NCBI GenBank assembly: GCA_028534125.1
Contig: CM052818.1
Span: forward strand, 13,828,001-13,892,000
Length of the DNA stretch: 64,000 nt
Reading direction: 5' to 3'
Source of the DNA: Lama glama
Lineage: Eukaryota
The notes under the pieces were generated by a model. That model did not search any database and had not been told where the DNA came from. It saw only the letters and a list, made by a program, of their open reading frames with translations. This document shows, one piece after another, positions 1-13,494 of the stretch (its first letter is position 1; every line of letters begins with the position of its first letter). Made by a program: the position numbers and the translations under genes.

Positions 1-312
1 CGGTCAACAAGTCTTTGATGCTTTTCCAACAGTTGCTATCTCTTCTACTTATTTTACCACAATTTGCTGCTTTTGTTAAAAAACTAAGAAGAAGTAAAGG
101 TATTAAGTCTTTTTCTCATATTGTCTACTGAATAGCTTATCCATGTACTGGAACTTTAAGAAATAACAGCTAAATATTACAGAGATATTTTAATCAGTGA
201 ATTATTTTTGATATTGTAGTACAATATTGAGACTTAGTGACTAGTGTTGATGTGTTTAGTTCTCTGATATGTAAAATACTAAAAGTGATTCTGTGTTTCT
301 TTATTTCCTTAG

Positions 313-485
313 ACTATCATAGAACTCTCTGAAGAACGGGATGGTCTTCATTTCCTACCCCATGCCTCTTCATCTGCGCAGTCACCTTGTGGTTCTCCAG
401 GCATGAAGCGAACAGAAAGTCGACAGCATCTGTCAGTGGAACTGGCAGATGCTAAGGCGAAGATAAGAAGGCTGAGGCAGGAATT
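313..485 (+). CDS. CCDC88A: CCDC88A coding exon (~exon 8): TIIELSEERDGLHFLPHASSSAQSPCGSPGMKRTESRQHLSVELADAKAKIRRLRQE(L)
   Basis: tttccttag acceptor; TT|gtaagt donor; 173 nt, phase 0 to 2. Confidence 0.95.
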
Positions 486-571
486 GTAAGTTGCTGATTT
501 TCAAGGCTTACTGAATTTATGTGGTTGCAGAGGTGACCTAAACAATGTTCTTAGGTTTGTAGACTGTAGAT

Positions 572-819
572 CAGTGGTTCCCAATTGCTCAGCTGTATCA
601 AAGTTTTCACTAGTATTTGTCAAAATGAAAAAAATAAGGAGACTAGCATAAGGTTTTCCTAATGCTAAGTCTTATCAATTTAAAGGGTGCCCTTTTTCTG
701 TATTTATGTGCTTCCTATTTTTCTGATGTTAAAATGGCCTTTTATTCCTTGGCAAATAAAAATCTCATTAATTTTTTAATTTTTGCATTCCTTGAAATCT
801 AAAATACTGGCAACTGCTG
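572..819. mobile_element. Possible short hAT/Charlie-type non-autonomous DNA element
   Basis: Ends cagtggttccca...tggcaactgctg resemble hAT terminal inverted repeats; family not identified. Confidence 0.35.
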
Positions 820-2028
820 ATACAGATCAATACATTAAGCTCTTTTAAAATTAATGTTAGAAAAAACCTGAATTGTTGACATAGATTATTACAAAAAAAT
901 AATTTTGTGTATCTTCTGCGTTGAGTAATTGAAATGCCTGAGTCATGTGCTTAGAAATGGTAAATATTCAGATTGGTTAGTGCTGATGAAATTATATTTA
1001 TTTAAGTTTGAAAGATCATTACTAGAAAGTCAGTATAAATCTCACATAGGCATTTCTTGGTAAATCACACATAAAGAAATGACCAGTCTCTGCTGGAGAT
1101 TTTTTTATTTTGCACTTTTAAAAGAACAAAGAAGTTGTGTCTTAGGCTTTTTTCTTTTCCTTTTTTTTTTTTTTTTTTTGGTTTGTTTTCCTGGGAATTC
1201 GGGTTTTAGAATGTAGATTTTAAACTTAAAGCCACAATACAGCAATTAAGTTTATTTACTGATTATTTAAAGCAGTTACTTTAAGGAAGGGGTTGAATGT
1301 GCAAGGTAGAAAAAATATACAGTCTATAGGGAAATCTGAAAACAAAAAAACAGCTTTCATTGTGGATGTCTGCATTATTATGTATCTATTGGTGTGAACA
1401 CGCCCAGGATATTCTATAAACAGCTGCACCACGAAAATTAGGGGAGAGATTGCTGTTATTAGTTTGACTGGCAGTTAATGGATAGCCTAAACAGTGAACA
1501 CTAGTTCGTTCCATGTAATTTAGCATAATCTTCCCCAGTCTTTAGATAAAGCATGTAATTAGAACTGTAGTGATGGCTGTGAATTCATTTAACATTTTGC
1601 ACTATATTAGAATTTGATTTTTAAGTAAAATTACGTGGCCATAGAGTGTTATTAAAATTCTAAACAATTTAGAGAGATTGGTAAAATTTGATCTCATGTG
1701 CTGATTGGAAAATGTAAATGAATAAAGTAAGTATGCCAGATATAGCAAGTATTCCCAGTAACTAGCATTTCATCAGATACTCTGTAATATCTTTGCTGTC
1801 CTTTGAAAATATGTTCCTTCATGCATTTTTTTCTATTAACATTTGTTCTAAGTGTTTTTGTTGGGACAAATATTTACTAAAGTGATTAAGTATGGACTCA
1901 CGGTGGATAAAAATAGTTCAGGTTGCCTTATACCTAATGGAAATAGATAATTTTCGTAAGAACATGCAAATTACCTAATAGCATACTTACTTGTGGGTAG
2001 TGCATTATAATATAATTGCTTTTGATTT

Positions 2029-2107
2029 TTTTTTCTGTCTTTTTTTTAACATTTTTTTATTGATTTATAATCATTTTACAATGTTGTGTCAAATTCCAGT
2101 GTTCAGC
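2029..2107 (-). mobile_element. Very short, 5'-truncated young L1 3' end
   Basis: T-rich tail plus ttttattgatttataatcattttacaatgttgtgtcaaattccagtgttcagc, flanked by a 16-bp target-site duplication taattgcttttgattt (2013-2028, 2108-2123). Confidence 0.75.
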
Positions 2108-2294
2108 TAATTGCTTTTGATTTATTAACTTACAGAGTAAAAGTATAATTTACAATTTGCATGGAAGATGTAATTCCTTATAAATTTTACTTTTATGCAG
2201 TAATTAACACTATTGAAGACTTCCTTTAATAATTCTTTCTCCATGGATGCCATGTTTTCAAAGAATTTTTCCTCTCATACAAATTATTCTTTTA

Positions 2295-3150
2295 GAAAAA
2301 CAGCTTTATTGAGATACAATTCATATATTGGAAAATTCATTCTTTTAAAGTATATAATTCAGTGATTCTTAGTATATTCCTAGAGTTTTGCAACTATCAC
2401 ATGCTCTCTAATTCGAAGACATTTTCACCACCTCAGAAGGAAACTCCATGTCCATTAACAGTCAGTCTTATGCTCCTTTGCCCTTTGCTTCCTGAAACCA
2501 CTAATACACTTTCTGTTTCCATGGATTTGACTATTTTGAACATTTCATATAAAGGAATCATACATTATGTAGCCTTTTGTGACTGGCTTCTTTCACTTAG
2601 TATATTGTTGTCAAGGTTCATCCACATTGTAGCATATGTCATTACTTTATTTTTATGGTTCAGTAATGTTCTTTTATGGATATACCACATTTTGGTTATC
2701 CATTTATGAGTTGATGGACATTTGGATTGTGTCTACTTCTTGGCTATTATGAATAATGCTCTTACGAACATTTATGTGTACATTTTTGTGAGGATGTATG
2801 TTTTCATTTCTTTTGAGTATATACAGAGGAGTGGAAATGCTGGGTCATGTGGTAGTTTTATGTTTATCCTTTTGAAGAACTGTCAAATTATTTGACTGCA
2901 CCATTTTACATTCCCACCAGCAATGTATGAGGGCTCCAGTTTCTCTGTATCCTCACCAATATCTGTTATTATATACCTTTTTGATTATAGCCAACATAGC
3001 AGGTGTGAAGTGTTATTTCATTGTGATTTTGACTTGCATTTCCCTAATGACTATTAATGTTGAGCATCTTTGCACTGCTATTGGCCATTTGTATATCTTA
3101 TTTGGAGAAATGTTTATTCAGATCCTTTGCCCATTTTTAAATTGAGTTGT
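2295..3150 (-). mobile_element. Old L1 (L1M-type) 3' fragment
   Basis: Typical antisense L1 3' UTR/ORF2-end text (ctttattgagatacaattcat; gactggcttctttcacttag; ccattttacattcccaccagcaatg). Confidence 0.85.
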
Positions 3151-3719
3151 GAGATAAACTTTTAAATAAATGAGTGAAAAAACATGAAACTAGAGGTATA
3201 TTAGAAGTCTATATAGCCTCAAATGAGTTTAGGTCATTTTTAACTTGGGAGAGAAAAGGGAGTGGTGTCAGTAACATTTTACCTGATGTTAGGCATTAAC
3301 TAGGTTGAAAGGCTCAAATGGGTATTATAAGCAGAAGAAACTGCAACAATAAGATATAAAGAGGGACATGGCACGAAATGAAGTTGAAAATGATGGAGTT
3401 GATAAGTAGAATGTAATGTATGCAGTACTCAGGTTTGGACAGTAAACAGTGGGGACCAATTAAGATTTTTTGCATAAGAGAGTATAGCACAATCAGATTT
3501 ATATTTTAATAAAGAGATACTAGCCTTGTAGCTGACTCACAGTGAATATTCAAATTGGAAAAATAAATTCTGGTGATAGTATGAAGGTAGATTAAAGGAC
3601 AGTCCAGTCAAGAAATGATGTGGGCCTGATCTAAGGTTTTAACAATGAGGTTGGAGAGGAGTTAAGGGAGAAGGCAGGGTCTTGGATATAATTCCTACTT
3701 TCCTATAAACAGTGTCCGT

Positions 3720-3870
3720 TTTTTTTAAATTTTCTCTTTGTTTGGTTTCTTTTGGAGGGGGAGGTAATTATGTTCACTTATTTATTTTTTAGAGGAGGTA
3801 CCAGGGATTGAACCCAGAACTTTGTGCATGCTAAGGATGCGCTCTACCACTTGAGCTATACCCTCCTCCC
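3720..3870 (-). mobile_element. tRNA-Ala-derived SINE (camelid Vic-1-like)
   Basis: Reverse complement reads gggaggagggtatagctcaagtggtagagcgcatccttagcatgcacaaagttctgggttcaatccctggtacctcc, with A/B boxes and an A-rich tail. Confidence 0.85.
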
Positions 3871-3892
3871 AAAAACTGAATTATAGGCATTC

Positions 3893-4048
3893 TTTTTTTT
3901 TAAATTACTTTGTGTATTTATTTATTTTATTCTCTTTTTCTGGCAGGGAGGTAATTAGGTTTATTTATTTTATTGGATGTACTGGTGATTGAACCCAGGA
4001 CCTTGTGCATCCTAGGCACACATTCTAGCACTGAGCTATACCCTCCAC
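3893..4048 (-). mobile_element. tRNA-Ala-derived SINE (Vic-1-like), second copy in tandem
   Basis: Reverse complement ggagggtatagctcagtgctagaatgtgtgcctaggatgcacaaggtcctgggttcaatcaccagtacatcc plus tail. Confidence 0.85.
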
Positions 4049-4389
4049 CTAGCAGTGTCCATTTGGATGGTGATGCCATTCATTGAGACAGGGAACATGA
4101 GAGAGGAATAATGTTAAGGTAAAAGACAAGTTTAGTTTTTGACATATTTTAGTTTGAGGTGCCATTATCTCTATGGAGATAATCAGTTAGATGATTGGCT
4201 GTCTGGTCCACAATGCAGAATAGAGATTTAGGATCATTAGCATACTCACTCAGAATAATATGCAGATGTAAATAGTAGTGGAAACCTTTGGAGTGGGTGA
4301 GACTGCCTAGGAAAAACATGAAGAATGAGAAAGATGTAATTTGAACACAAACATTAAAGAATGTGTTTTAGTGGTTAAGGGAAGACTTC

Positions 4390-4790
4390 ACCATTTATTA
4401 CCCATGTTACTCAGTTTCTTCATACAAAAAATGAGACTTCTAGTAATATGTACTCTAGAGAGATACGGCATATGATCCAGTGCATGAACTTTAGAGGCAT
4501 TCTGCCTGTGAATCCTGGCTTAACACGTCCTAACTGACTGTGGCCAAGTTACTTAAGCTCTCTAAGGCTGCTTAGCTTCTAGCCTAAGTAAGAATAATAA
4601 TTGTGTCAACTGTAGGATTGTTATATGAGGTAAATATGTAAGTAAATAGTGTGTAGTACATAAGTGCTCAATAAATGTAAGCTGTCACTGGCTACTGCTT
4701 CTTTAGATAGCTCTCGAGGATGTTTGGCAAAGTGTGAAGTGCTTAGCAAAAGTGCCTGGCACAGGTAATGAGAACTTGATCATTGTTAGC
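4390..4790 (+). mobile_element. MIR fragments
   Basis: MIR core motifs (ctgtggccaagttacttaagctctct; gtaggattgttatatgagg; gtgcctggcacag). Confidence 0.55.
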
Positions 4791-5099
4791 TGAAAGACAG
4801 AGACAAAACATGAAGTCAGCAGAAGAGTCAGAGAAGTACTATATAGAGAAGTAGAAAAACCTAAGTGTGTGCAGTCATATAAGCCGAAGAAGAGAGAATG
4901 TTAAGAAGAATGGCATGAACTGTGTTAAATTCCTCAAAGATCTGAAAATAACCCAGCAGTATGAAGGTAATTGACTCTGAAAAACAGTGTCAGTGGAGAC
5001 GTATGAATGGAAGCCTCATTGCTATAGATAGAATGGTCAAATGGGTGCAAAAAGGAATTATTTTATTAGTAGGTCTTGAACTCCTGGATAACTCTTTTA

Positions 5100-5880
5100 G
5101 AAATTCCAGTGTTTAAATTCATGCTTCGCATACTTCAAAGTGAATTTCAGATGGACTAAAGAGCTAAATGTAAAAAACAAAATAATGATGAAAGAACCCA
5201 AAAGAAATATAGATGAGTCTTCCCTAGTTGGGGAGGAGCTTTGCACAGAAATGGTTGCTCTCCTTATATAAAAAATGTTAAATATGTAGACATCCAGAAA
5301 AAAAATAAAATTAGAAGTATTAGAATATTTCTCATAAAGTTGAACATAGAATTTATATGACCTAACAATTCCACTCATAGGTATATCCCACCAAAATTGA
5401 ACACAAGAACTCAAACAGATACTGGTATGCCAGTGTTCATTGCAGCATTATTCCTGGTAGCCAAAAGATGGAAACAACTCAAATGTTCATGAACAGATGG
5501 ATAACTAAACAAAATGTGCTGTAGGCAAACAATGGAATATTATTCAGCCATAAAAAGATGAAATTCTCATACCTGCTTCAACGTGGATGAGCCATGGAAA
5601 CAATTTGCCAAGTGACATAAGCCAGATATGAAGGACAAATATTATATGATTCTACTTAAATGAAATGTCTTTAATAGGCAAATTCAGAGATTGAAAGTAG
5701 ATTGGAGAGTTCTTGCTTAATGAGTGCAGAATTTCTGTTTGAGGTGATGAAAAAGTTTTGGGAGTAGGTAGTAGTGATAGTTTAACAACACTGTAAATGC
5801 AATTAATGTCACTGAACTGTACACTTAAAGTGGTTAAAATTGCAATTTTATGTTGTATATATTACCACAATAAAAAATAG
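5100..5880 (+). mobile_element. L1 (L1M-type) ORF2 end and 3' UTR fragment
   Basis: aattccactcataggtatatccc; gttcattgcagcattattc; aatggaatattattcagccataaaaag; ends taccacaataaaaaa. Confidence 0.85.
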
Positions 5881-6059
5881 GGGTTTTTTGCTATTTTTAG
5901 AATTTATTTTATTATTGGATGTTTAGCATCCAAATTCCAGAAACTGACTTTTTTGTTAAAGTTTAAAAAAATTTTTTTGGAACTACAGTCAGTTACAGTC
6001 TATAAAGAAATAATTGTACAAATATCTTAAAATCACAAAAAGAAATAGCTTTTCTTTTT

Positions 6060-7030
6060 TCTTTTAAAATTTTTTATTGAAGTATAATTGCTATACAGTA
6101 TTATAAGTTATAGGTGTACAGTATAGTGATTCACAATTTTTAAAGGTTATATTCCATTTATAGTTATTATGAAATATTGGCTTTATTCCCCATGTTTTAT
6201 AATATATCCTTCTGGCTTATTTTATACTTAATAGTGTGTACCTCTTACTCTCCTCCTTCTATATTGCCCCTCCCCCATTCCCTCTTCCTGCTGGTAACCA
6301 CTAGTTTGTGAGTCTGCTTTTTTCTTTTTTGTTACATTCACTAGTTTGTTGTATTTTTTTTTAATTGAAGTATAGTCAGTTTACAATGTGGTGTCAATTT
6401 TTGGTGTACAGCATAATGCTTCAGTCATACATATACATACATATATTCGTTTTCATATTCTTTATCATTATAGGTTACTGTAGGATATTGAATATAGTTC
6501 CCTGTGCTTGTTTATACTATATATATGTGTGTGTATGTGTGTGTGTATATATATATGTGTGTGTGTATGTATATATACATATATATGTGTGTGTGTACGT
6601 GTGTGTGTGTATATATATATATATATACACACACATACATACACACCGTATCTTTATCTATTATCTGTTGATGGGCGCTTAGGTTGCTTCCATATCTTGG
6701 CCATTGTAAATTATGGTGTTGTGAACTTTGGGGTGTGTGTATCTTTTTGAATTAGTATTTTTGTATTTTTCAGATGTATACTCGGAAATGGAATTGTTAG
6801 GTCATATAGTAGTTCTATTTTTAGTTTTTTGAGGAACCTCCATACTGTTTGCCATGGTGACTGCACCAATTTACATTCCCTCCAACAGCATACATCTCTT
6901 TAATCCACATCCTTGCCAACATTTGTTACTTGTGTTCTTTTTGATGATAGTCATTCTGATAGGTGTGAGGTAATATCTCATTGTGGTTTTGATTTGCATT
7001 TCCTTGATGATTAGTGATGTTGAACATCTT
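6060..7030 (-). mobile_element. L1 3' fragment with a nested second L1 3' end (about 6355-6510) and a TA/TG/CA microsatellite
   Basis: Two ttattgaagtata-type antisense L1 termini (about 6075 and 6365); later gttctatttttagttttttgaggaacctccatactgtt. Confidence 0.8.
6516..6646. repeat. Compound (TA)n/(TG)n/(CA)n microsatellite
   Basis: Directly visible dinucleotide runs. Confidence 0.95.
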
Positions 7031-7758
7031 TTAGCTTCACATCTAGTGATGATGTAAACGGGTATGAGATGTTACAAACAGATTGCTTTAAACAATGAAC
7101 ATTTACCTTTTATTATTAAAGAATGGAAGATGGAAAAGTAGATAGTGAGTGGAGACTTGCTTTGAGGAGTTTGGCTCTGAAAAGGAGATAGAAAGTGGGA
7201 GTTAGTAGTAAAATAGTATAAAAAGAAAAAAGTGTGTATAGGAGAAATACAAAGATGTCTAGACTACAGGGACAAAACCAATAGAGAGATAAAGATTTTA
7301 GATATCTGTGTGGCAATTTATCATTTCCTTTAGGTCCTTGTAAATGTTGAAAATAGTTTGGAGACCCTTATAAGTCTCAGACCCAGACAGTATTATTGCC
7401 TTGCATAAAAACTCTTCCAGCTATAGTCTTTGACTATGCAGAAAGGTAGAAAGGGAGAGAGAGAGGAGAGTGGGAATTGGGGGATGGCAGGAAAGATGAA
7501 GAGGAACTGCCTTATGACTAGGAGGATGTTAGTCATTGAAGGTTATTAGCCTTTAGAGAACTTTAGAGTCTGTTGACATTCAGCCATATAAATTCCTAAT
7601 ACCAGTTTCTTTGTCTATTTTCCTCAGTTGGGGTTATGGCTAACACTGTGTTAAACTAGATATTTAGTCATGATAATACATTTGTATTAATGCAGATGAT
7701 GATCATAGTTTTTGAAAGCACTAAGTTTATTATTTAATAAATATTTTTTGCTTATAAG

Positions 7759-7840
7759 GGAGGAAAAGACTGAACAGTTGTTGGACTGTAAACAAGAACT
7801 TGAGCAAATGGAAATAGAATTAAAAAGGCTGCAACAAGAG
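7759..7840 (+). CDS. CCDC88A: CCDC88A exon (~9): EEKTEQLLDCKQELEQMEIELKRLQQE
   Basis: ttgcttataag acceptor; GAG|gtttgt donor; 82 nt, phase 2 to 0. Confidence 0.93.
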
Positions 7841-8652
7841 GTTTGTACCTGGAACTTTCATTATAAAGGATCACTAAGTAATTTGAAATTGATTTTTTCT
7901 CTTTATAATTTATAACATTTACTTTCCTGCTTTATAAGTTTACTGAGTCTTAATGAGATCCAATGACTTTTTCAGTATTCCTGTCTTCAAAAATGCCAGA
8001 GCCAAAACTAGACAATTAGGATCTTTATAGAGTTTTCCTATTTCTCTGTGAGTGCTACTCAGACTTTGCTAAGATCCCAAGGAGCCTCTTAGGACGGGGG
8101 CAGTTCCAAGTTTCTCTTTTTTATGTATTGGTTTTTGTGGGTTTGGAAGCTGGAATACCTCTGTTGCTGAACTGTGCTGCTTATGTGTATCTTTCTAGGT
8201 CTTTACTCTCTGATGGTGCTTTATGCTAATTTATATATTTATGTTAATTTATATTAATTTTTCACTCATTAAATATGATAAACACATTTTACTTTTTAAA
8301 ACATTTTTATTTTACTACAGCTTAGTGTTTTTTCATCTTGAACCAAGATTGTTTAAGAATTCACTTCTTTTTATTTTACTCTCTAATATTTCATTTTCAA
8401 TTGGAGGTATTACAAGAGGTCTTCTTAACCCATAAATGGTAAGGACTGGGGCAAGGCTGGACAATTATTCTTTCTCCTTACTTCCTCTAACCTGCCGTTT
8501 TAAATTCAGGTAACACTTCACTTGTGGGATCATAAACTGGGACCTTTCTAGATACGTGAGACTGGGAATCATAATCTTTAGTTCTAGATATGCTATGACT
8601 GCTATCTCACTTCTTGATAGCAGAGTTTTTTGTATGTGTGTTTTATCTAAAA

Positions 8653-9154
8653 TAGTGATTCTTGGTCTTTTTGGTCACAAGACCATTTTCTGCTCTTAAA
8701 AATTAATGAGAATTGTTGAATGTGGATTCTCTTTACTGGAATTTACTATATTTGAAATAAAGACTAAGAATTTTAAAAATACTAATTCATTTAAAATACT
8801 TAACCCATTACATATTAACATAAAAGTTATATAGGAACTAAATAACCATTATTTTCCGAAGCAAAAAAAATCAGAAGGGTTGTCTTTTACTTTTTTGCAA
8901 ATCTCTTTATTTAATGCCTAGCTTAATTGAAGACTACCAGATTTTCATATATGCTTCTGCATTCAGTCTATTAAGATATCACATGCCATGTATGTAGCCT
9001 CTGGAAAACTCCACTACTCCCTCAGGAGAGAATGAGAGTGAAAAAAGCAAGTAGTATCCTACTATTATTATGAAAATAGTTTTGACCTCATGAATTCCCT
9101 GGAAGGGTTTCAGGGACCCACAGATGTCCCTGGATCATACTTTGATAACTGCTG
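8653..9154 (-). mobile_element. hAT-Charlie DNA transposon (Charlie1-like deletion derivative)
   Basis: Reverse complement starts cagcagttatcaaagtatgatccaggg...gaggtcaaaactattttcataataat...gtggagttttccagaggctaca, typical of the Charlie1 5' end. Confidence 0.7.
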
Positions 9155-9771
9155 TTCTAAAGGATTACAAGTGGGCTTTTTAAAGACTGAATTTTAGTAT
9201 TTATCTCAAATGGCATTAAGATATGCACTAATCATATGCAACTAATCATTCACTTGGAAGTATTTAAAAACCTCAGCTAGATTTTAGTAACATACCTGGA
9301 TAGAAACATTATTTCTCTAAAGTAACTAATGATCAACTTTTGTAATAGTTTGCTTTTTCTGTGTTTTTACTATCTTGTAGCTGTATTATTATCCTGTATT
9401 ACAGTTAAGTTTTCACCTTAAAATAATTGCAAATGGTTATGTTAAGGAGGGATTACTTATTTTAAAATATCCTGAATGTTTTTATATTCCTTAAAGAGAA
9501 CATTATATAAAAATTTGTGTATAAGTTTGTGTATTTGTATAGAAACATGTATTTTGAAAATACTTCTTATTCTTGGTTTAAAAAAGCTTTATATCCCCAA
9601 TTTTAAAAAACAACTTAATTAAGGTGTGATTTATATACCATGAAATTCACACTTTTAAAGTACACAAGTCATTGATTTTTTTTAGTAAATTCATCATATT
9701 GTACAACCCAAGGATTATCCATTTGAATTTAGAAAATAATATTTAAAATTTCAATATGTATTTATATTTAG

Positions 9772-9930
9772 AACATGAATTTGCTTTCTGATGCTCGTTC
9801 TGCAAGAATGTACCGAGATGAATTAGATGCACTTCGGGAAAAGGCAATCAGAGTTGATAAGCTTGAAAGTGAAGTCAGCAGATATAAAGAGAGGCTACAT
9901 GATATTGAATTTTATAAGGCAAGAGTTGAG
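9772..9930 (+). CDS. CCDC88A: CCDC88A exon (~10): [53 protein letters not shown]
   Basis: atatttag acceptor; GAG|gtatgt donor; 159 nt. Confidence 0.95.
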
Positions 9931-11279
9931 GTATGTTGCATAATTTAAACTATTCATAGTTTTTTCTTTAATAGTGTTACGAGTTTTCAAAATGCATTAA
10001 AAATTCACTTAATAAATATAAAGAACTCTTGAAATGTTGAGCAAACTGTAAATACCATCAAGTGTTTATTTTATGCTAGATCAGCATATTGTTTAGACCT
10101 GTTAATAGGAATTTTTGGACATTATTAATTTTGTTGAATTCTTTGGAATTCTTCTTTCATTCCTTTATTTAGCGTTGTAGATAGGGAAGACTTTTGAAGT
10201 CCTTCCCCCATTGTCCAAATAAACTATATCTCTAATAATGTCAAATTTGTTCTTAGAAATAACTGCAAAACATATTTCTGATTGCTGCTCAAGTCTGAAT
10301 ACTAAATTAGGATCAATGAAGGCAAAATCTTTTTCTTTCTTTGTATACATATGAACAAATTAGAAAAAAACAATTTTTCATACTCAATGGTTGCAGTTCA
10401 GTGTTATATGAAGTTGAGTTTGACAGCAAAAATTAGAAAATCCTTGCTGCCTGTATTTTTTTTTTCTTTCTCAGTTAATTTCTTCATTGTCTTTAGACAG
10501 AAAAGATTTTGGTCAGTTTCAATATGGGGATAAGAAGGAAGGAGTATGCAAAATCAAGAAGTGAAATATTACAAGAGAAAGTTAGAACTTAGCCTGAATG
10601 TTTCCAGAAAATAGGCCCAATAGAGTACAAATGTATATTAATTTTTTGTTAATTATTTAAATGAGCATATGCATGACACTATTAAGGGATTCTCATGGAT
10701 GCCACTGTTTTAATATACTTTCTCTTGACTTTATAAACTGCAGCCATATAACTTAGAAATGTAGATTTGTGAACATATTTTCAAAACATATGTTAAAAAT
10801 TTTAAAATATATAAAATATTTGCTGTTAAAGCATTGGTTTATGATTTATGTGAGTCTTAGTTCAAGTCTTGGTATTTTACTCAAAAACCCCAAACCCTTC
10901 ACTTTCAAGTAGAAAGAAACCTTTGAATCTATTTCAGTAAATAAATTAAGCCCTGATTCTATGGAGATTAGTGTCTTAAATATCTGGAAGACTACTTAGT
11001 TCCTTGGATCTCTGTGACTAAGGAATTTAAGTGTACCCTGACAACTTCATGTGAAATTATGGCAGTAAGTGCTGAGCATTTTGTATGCATAATAACTTAA
11101 ATTTGGGGGACTGAAATGAAACCAACTGTATTTCTATTACTCAGTAGTTTTACTCTTGCATAGAACTGCTGATAAAGACAGCTTATTGTTTTATTTCACA
11201 ATAAAGAATTTTTATGCTTCAGAGCTTTAAAAAACTTAACATATTCGTGATAATTAAAGCCTACTTGAAATGTTTATAG

Positions 11280-11426
11280 GAATTAAAAGAAGATAATCAA
11301 GTTTTACTAGAAACAAAAACCATGTTGGAAGACCAATTAGAAGGAACTCGAGCTCGTTCTGATAAATTACATGAATTAGAAAAAGAGAATTTACAGCTGA
11401 AGGCTAAACTGCATGATATGGAAATG
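11280..11426 (+). CDS. CCDC88A: CCDC88A exon (~11): [49 protein letters not shown]
   Basis: tgtttatag acceptor; ATG|gtaagt donor; 147 nt. Confidence 0.95.
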
Positions 11427-12016
11427 GTAAGTATTGGAAGTTAGATCATATATATAGCCTCTAAGAAAAAATGCACGGCATTATCTGATTTCCCTTTAGT
11501 GACAAGAATGGCTAGTATCCTTAAGGCTTTAACAGAGAAGAGATAGCTAAATAAATTAGATTCCTCCCATTTTATATAAATTCAGGAGAAGTAAAAATTT
11601 CTGCTTTTGTTACAGAGCAGTATTTATTAACTTTGACTTCAACTTTTCAGAAAACCTAATAAACTATTGTGTAAACATTTCTTTTAAAATACAGAAATAC
11701 AGCTATTTGCTAAAATTTAGCATTAGGTCAGATCATTTGTTACATCACTAAAACAATATAATAACTATGAGGAGCAGTTTTCAGTGTCCCCAAAGATCAT
11801 TTTAAAAGGATGTCTGACACCTAATCAGTTTAGTGACCAATAGTAATAATTATAACTGATTATTAACTTTAAACTGTGAAAATTTTAAGGAACTCACAAT
11901 TTATCATCTTATTATTCAGTTTCTGCTAAATGAAAGTTACAAGTAATAAAATATTACTTGAAATTGTACTGTTTCTTGGCTTTCTTTTCTCTCCCTACTC
12001 CCTGGCAATAAAAAAG

Positions 12017-12161
12017 GAACGTGATATGGATAGAAAAAAGATTGAAGAATTAATGGAAGAAAATATGACTTTGGAAATGGCACAGAAACAAAGTATGGAC
12101 GAATCATTACATCTTGGCTGGGAGCTGGAACAAATATCCAGAACTAGTGAACTTTCTGAAG
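12017..12161 (+). CDS. CCDC88A: CCDC88A exon (~12): [48 protein letters not shown]
   Basis: Atypical caataaaaaag acceptor; AAG|gtattt donor; 145 nt, phase 0 to 1. Confidence 0.92.
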
Positions 12162-13469
12162 GTATTTTTAATAGTTTTATTTAAATGGATGAATGAATAA
12201 ATGAAGTTGTATTTATGCTTACATTTCTGGATATTTTATTGCTATTCTTTATTTTCCCTGGCTGGAGATGTCTCAGAAGGCCAAATATCTCCCTAGATAG
12301 GATTTCACAGAGTAATATGTTAATTTCCACATTCCTGGGTCTGGTCCTTACCTTTGCATGTCTTACAAATCAACTTTATGAATGTAGTAACAGATTTAAT
12401 CAGCTGTTTAGGCACTATTTTATGTTAATATCACAAGAAACTGGGACACCAGCTTATTAGTTTATTTTGAAAAATAGAGTCGTCTACTAAACAGAACAAA
12501 AAAGTTGTATGATCTGGTCAGCTTGTTATGTTCTTTCTGTATAGGCAAACCTAAATAGAAAGTCCATGTATTAGGAATATTCTTCAGTGAGTATGTAGCC
12601 CGAATAAAGTGAGTTAAGGATCTTCACGGCTACTTTTATCAATACATGTAATCTCCATTAAGATTATACTTACCAACAACTCCAGCCCAGTTGTACCCTG
12701 GAGGTAATGAAAGACCCCAGATCAGTTTTTTACTTTTGGCTCTTTTTCCCTTGTCTCCACATTAGCTTGTCCGCTGTATTACAGCTGGGCACATACATAC
12801 AATGTGGTTTTTTGGGTTGAAGTTTGAGTTTGCTAGTACTGATATACTTTATTGAAATTATACCCAGGTCACATTTATTTGAATTAGAATGGTTCTCTAA
12901 TTCCTCAGTTACCCAGTACTAAGATTATTCTACCTATTTTTCTTCCTTCAGCAGATATAAGCACCTACCATGTGTAAAATATTATACCAGGCCCTGAGGA
13001 TATGGTGGTCAAGTAAACATAAGGTCTGAAAGAGCTTATAGTCTGGTGTTTATAGAATAATTACTTCTTCAGATGACTCATCGTATTTATTACTGTTAGT
13101 CTTTTCCTAATTTTACACTTGAGAACCTAATTCCAAATTCTGGGATCCGATGTAAATTGACTACATAACAAATAAAGATATTCAGTCACTGAACTTACTG
13201 AGATGTGTTAAAATATTTGTGGGACCTTTTTAATTGTATTCCATGTGAGTTGTGTTACAAAGGAAACAATTCAAACTTAAATGTTTTCTACTACTAAAGT
13301 AGTTAAAATTACAGTATTAAAAGAGTTTTCTCATCTGTTAAGTGGAGACAAGGATATTAAGTACTACCTTGTAGGGTGGTTGTGTGGATTGGATTTGTTA
13401 ATACTTACGAAGCTCCTTAGAAGAGTGCCTGGTAAATGGTAAACATTTGAGTGGTTTTTACTGTTCTTA

Positions 13470-13494
13470 CCATCATCATCATCATCATCATCAT
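13470..13494. repeat. (CAT)n microsatellite at the end of a MIR fragment (about 13320-13460)
   Basis: catcatcatcatcatcatcatcat visible; MIR-like text upstream. Confidence 0.85.

Larger units (their letters stand above)
3200..4350 (-). mobile_element. Degraded L2, interrupted by the SINE pair at about 3720-4048
   Basis: L2-like text (agtccagtcaagaaatgatgtgggcctg; gatggtgatgccattcattgagacaggg; tttgacatattttagtttgaggtgcc). Confidence 0.55.

Noticed and set aside
2362..6750. Hydrophobic ORFs of 70-115 aa that resemble small membrane proteins
   Set aside because: They are translations of antisense L1 3' ends and of the TA/TG microsatellite, with no splice or codon support.
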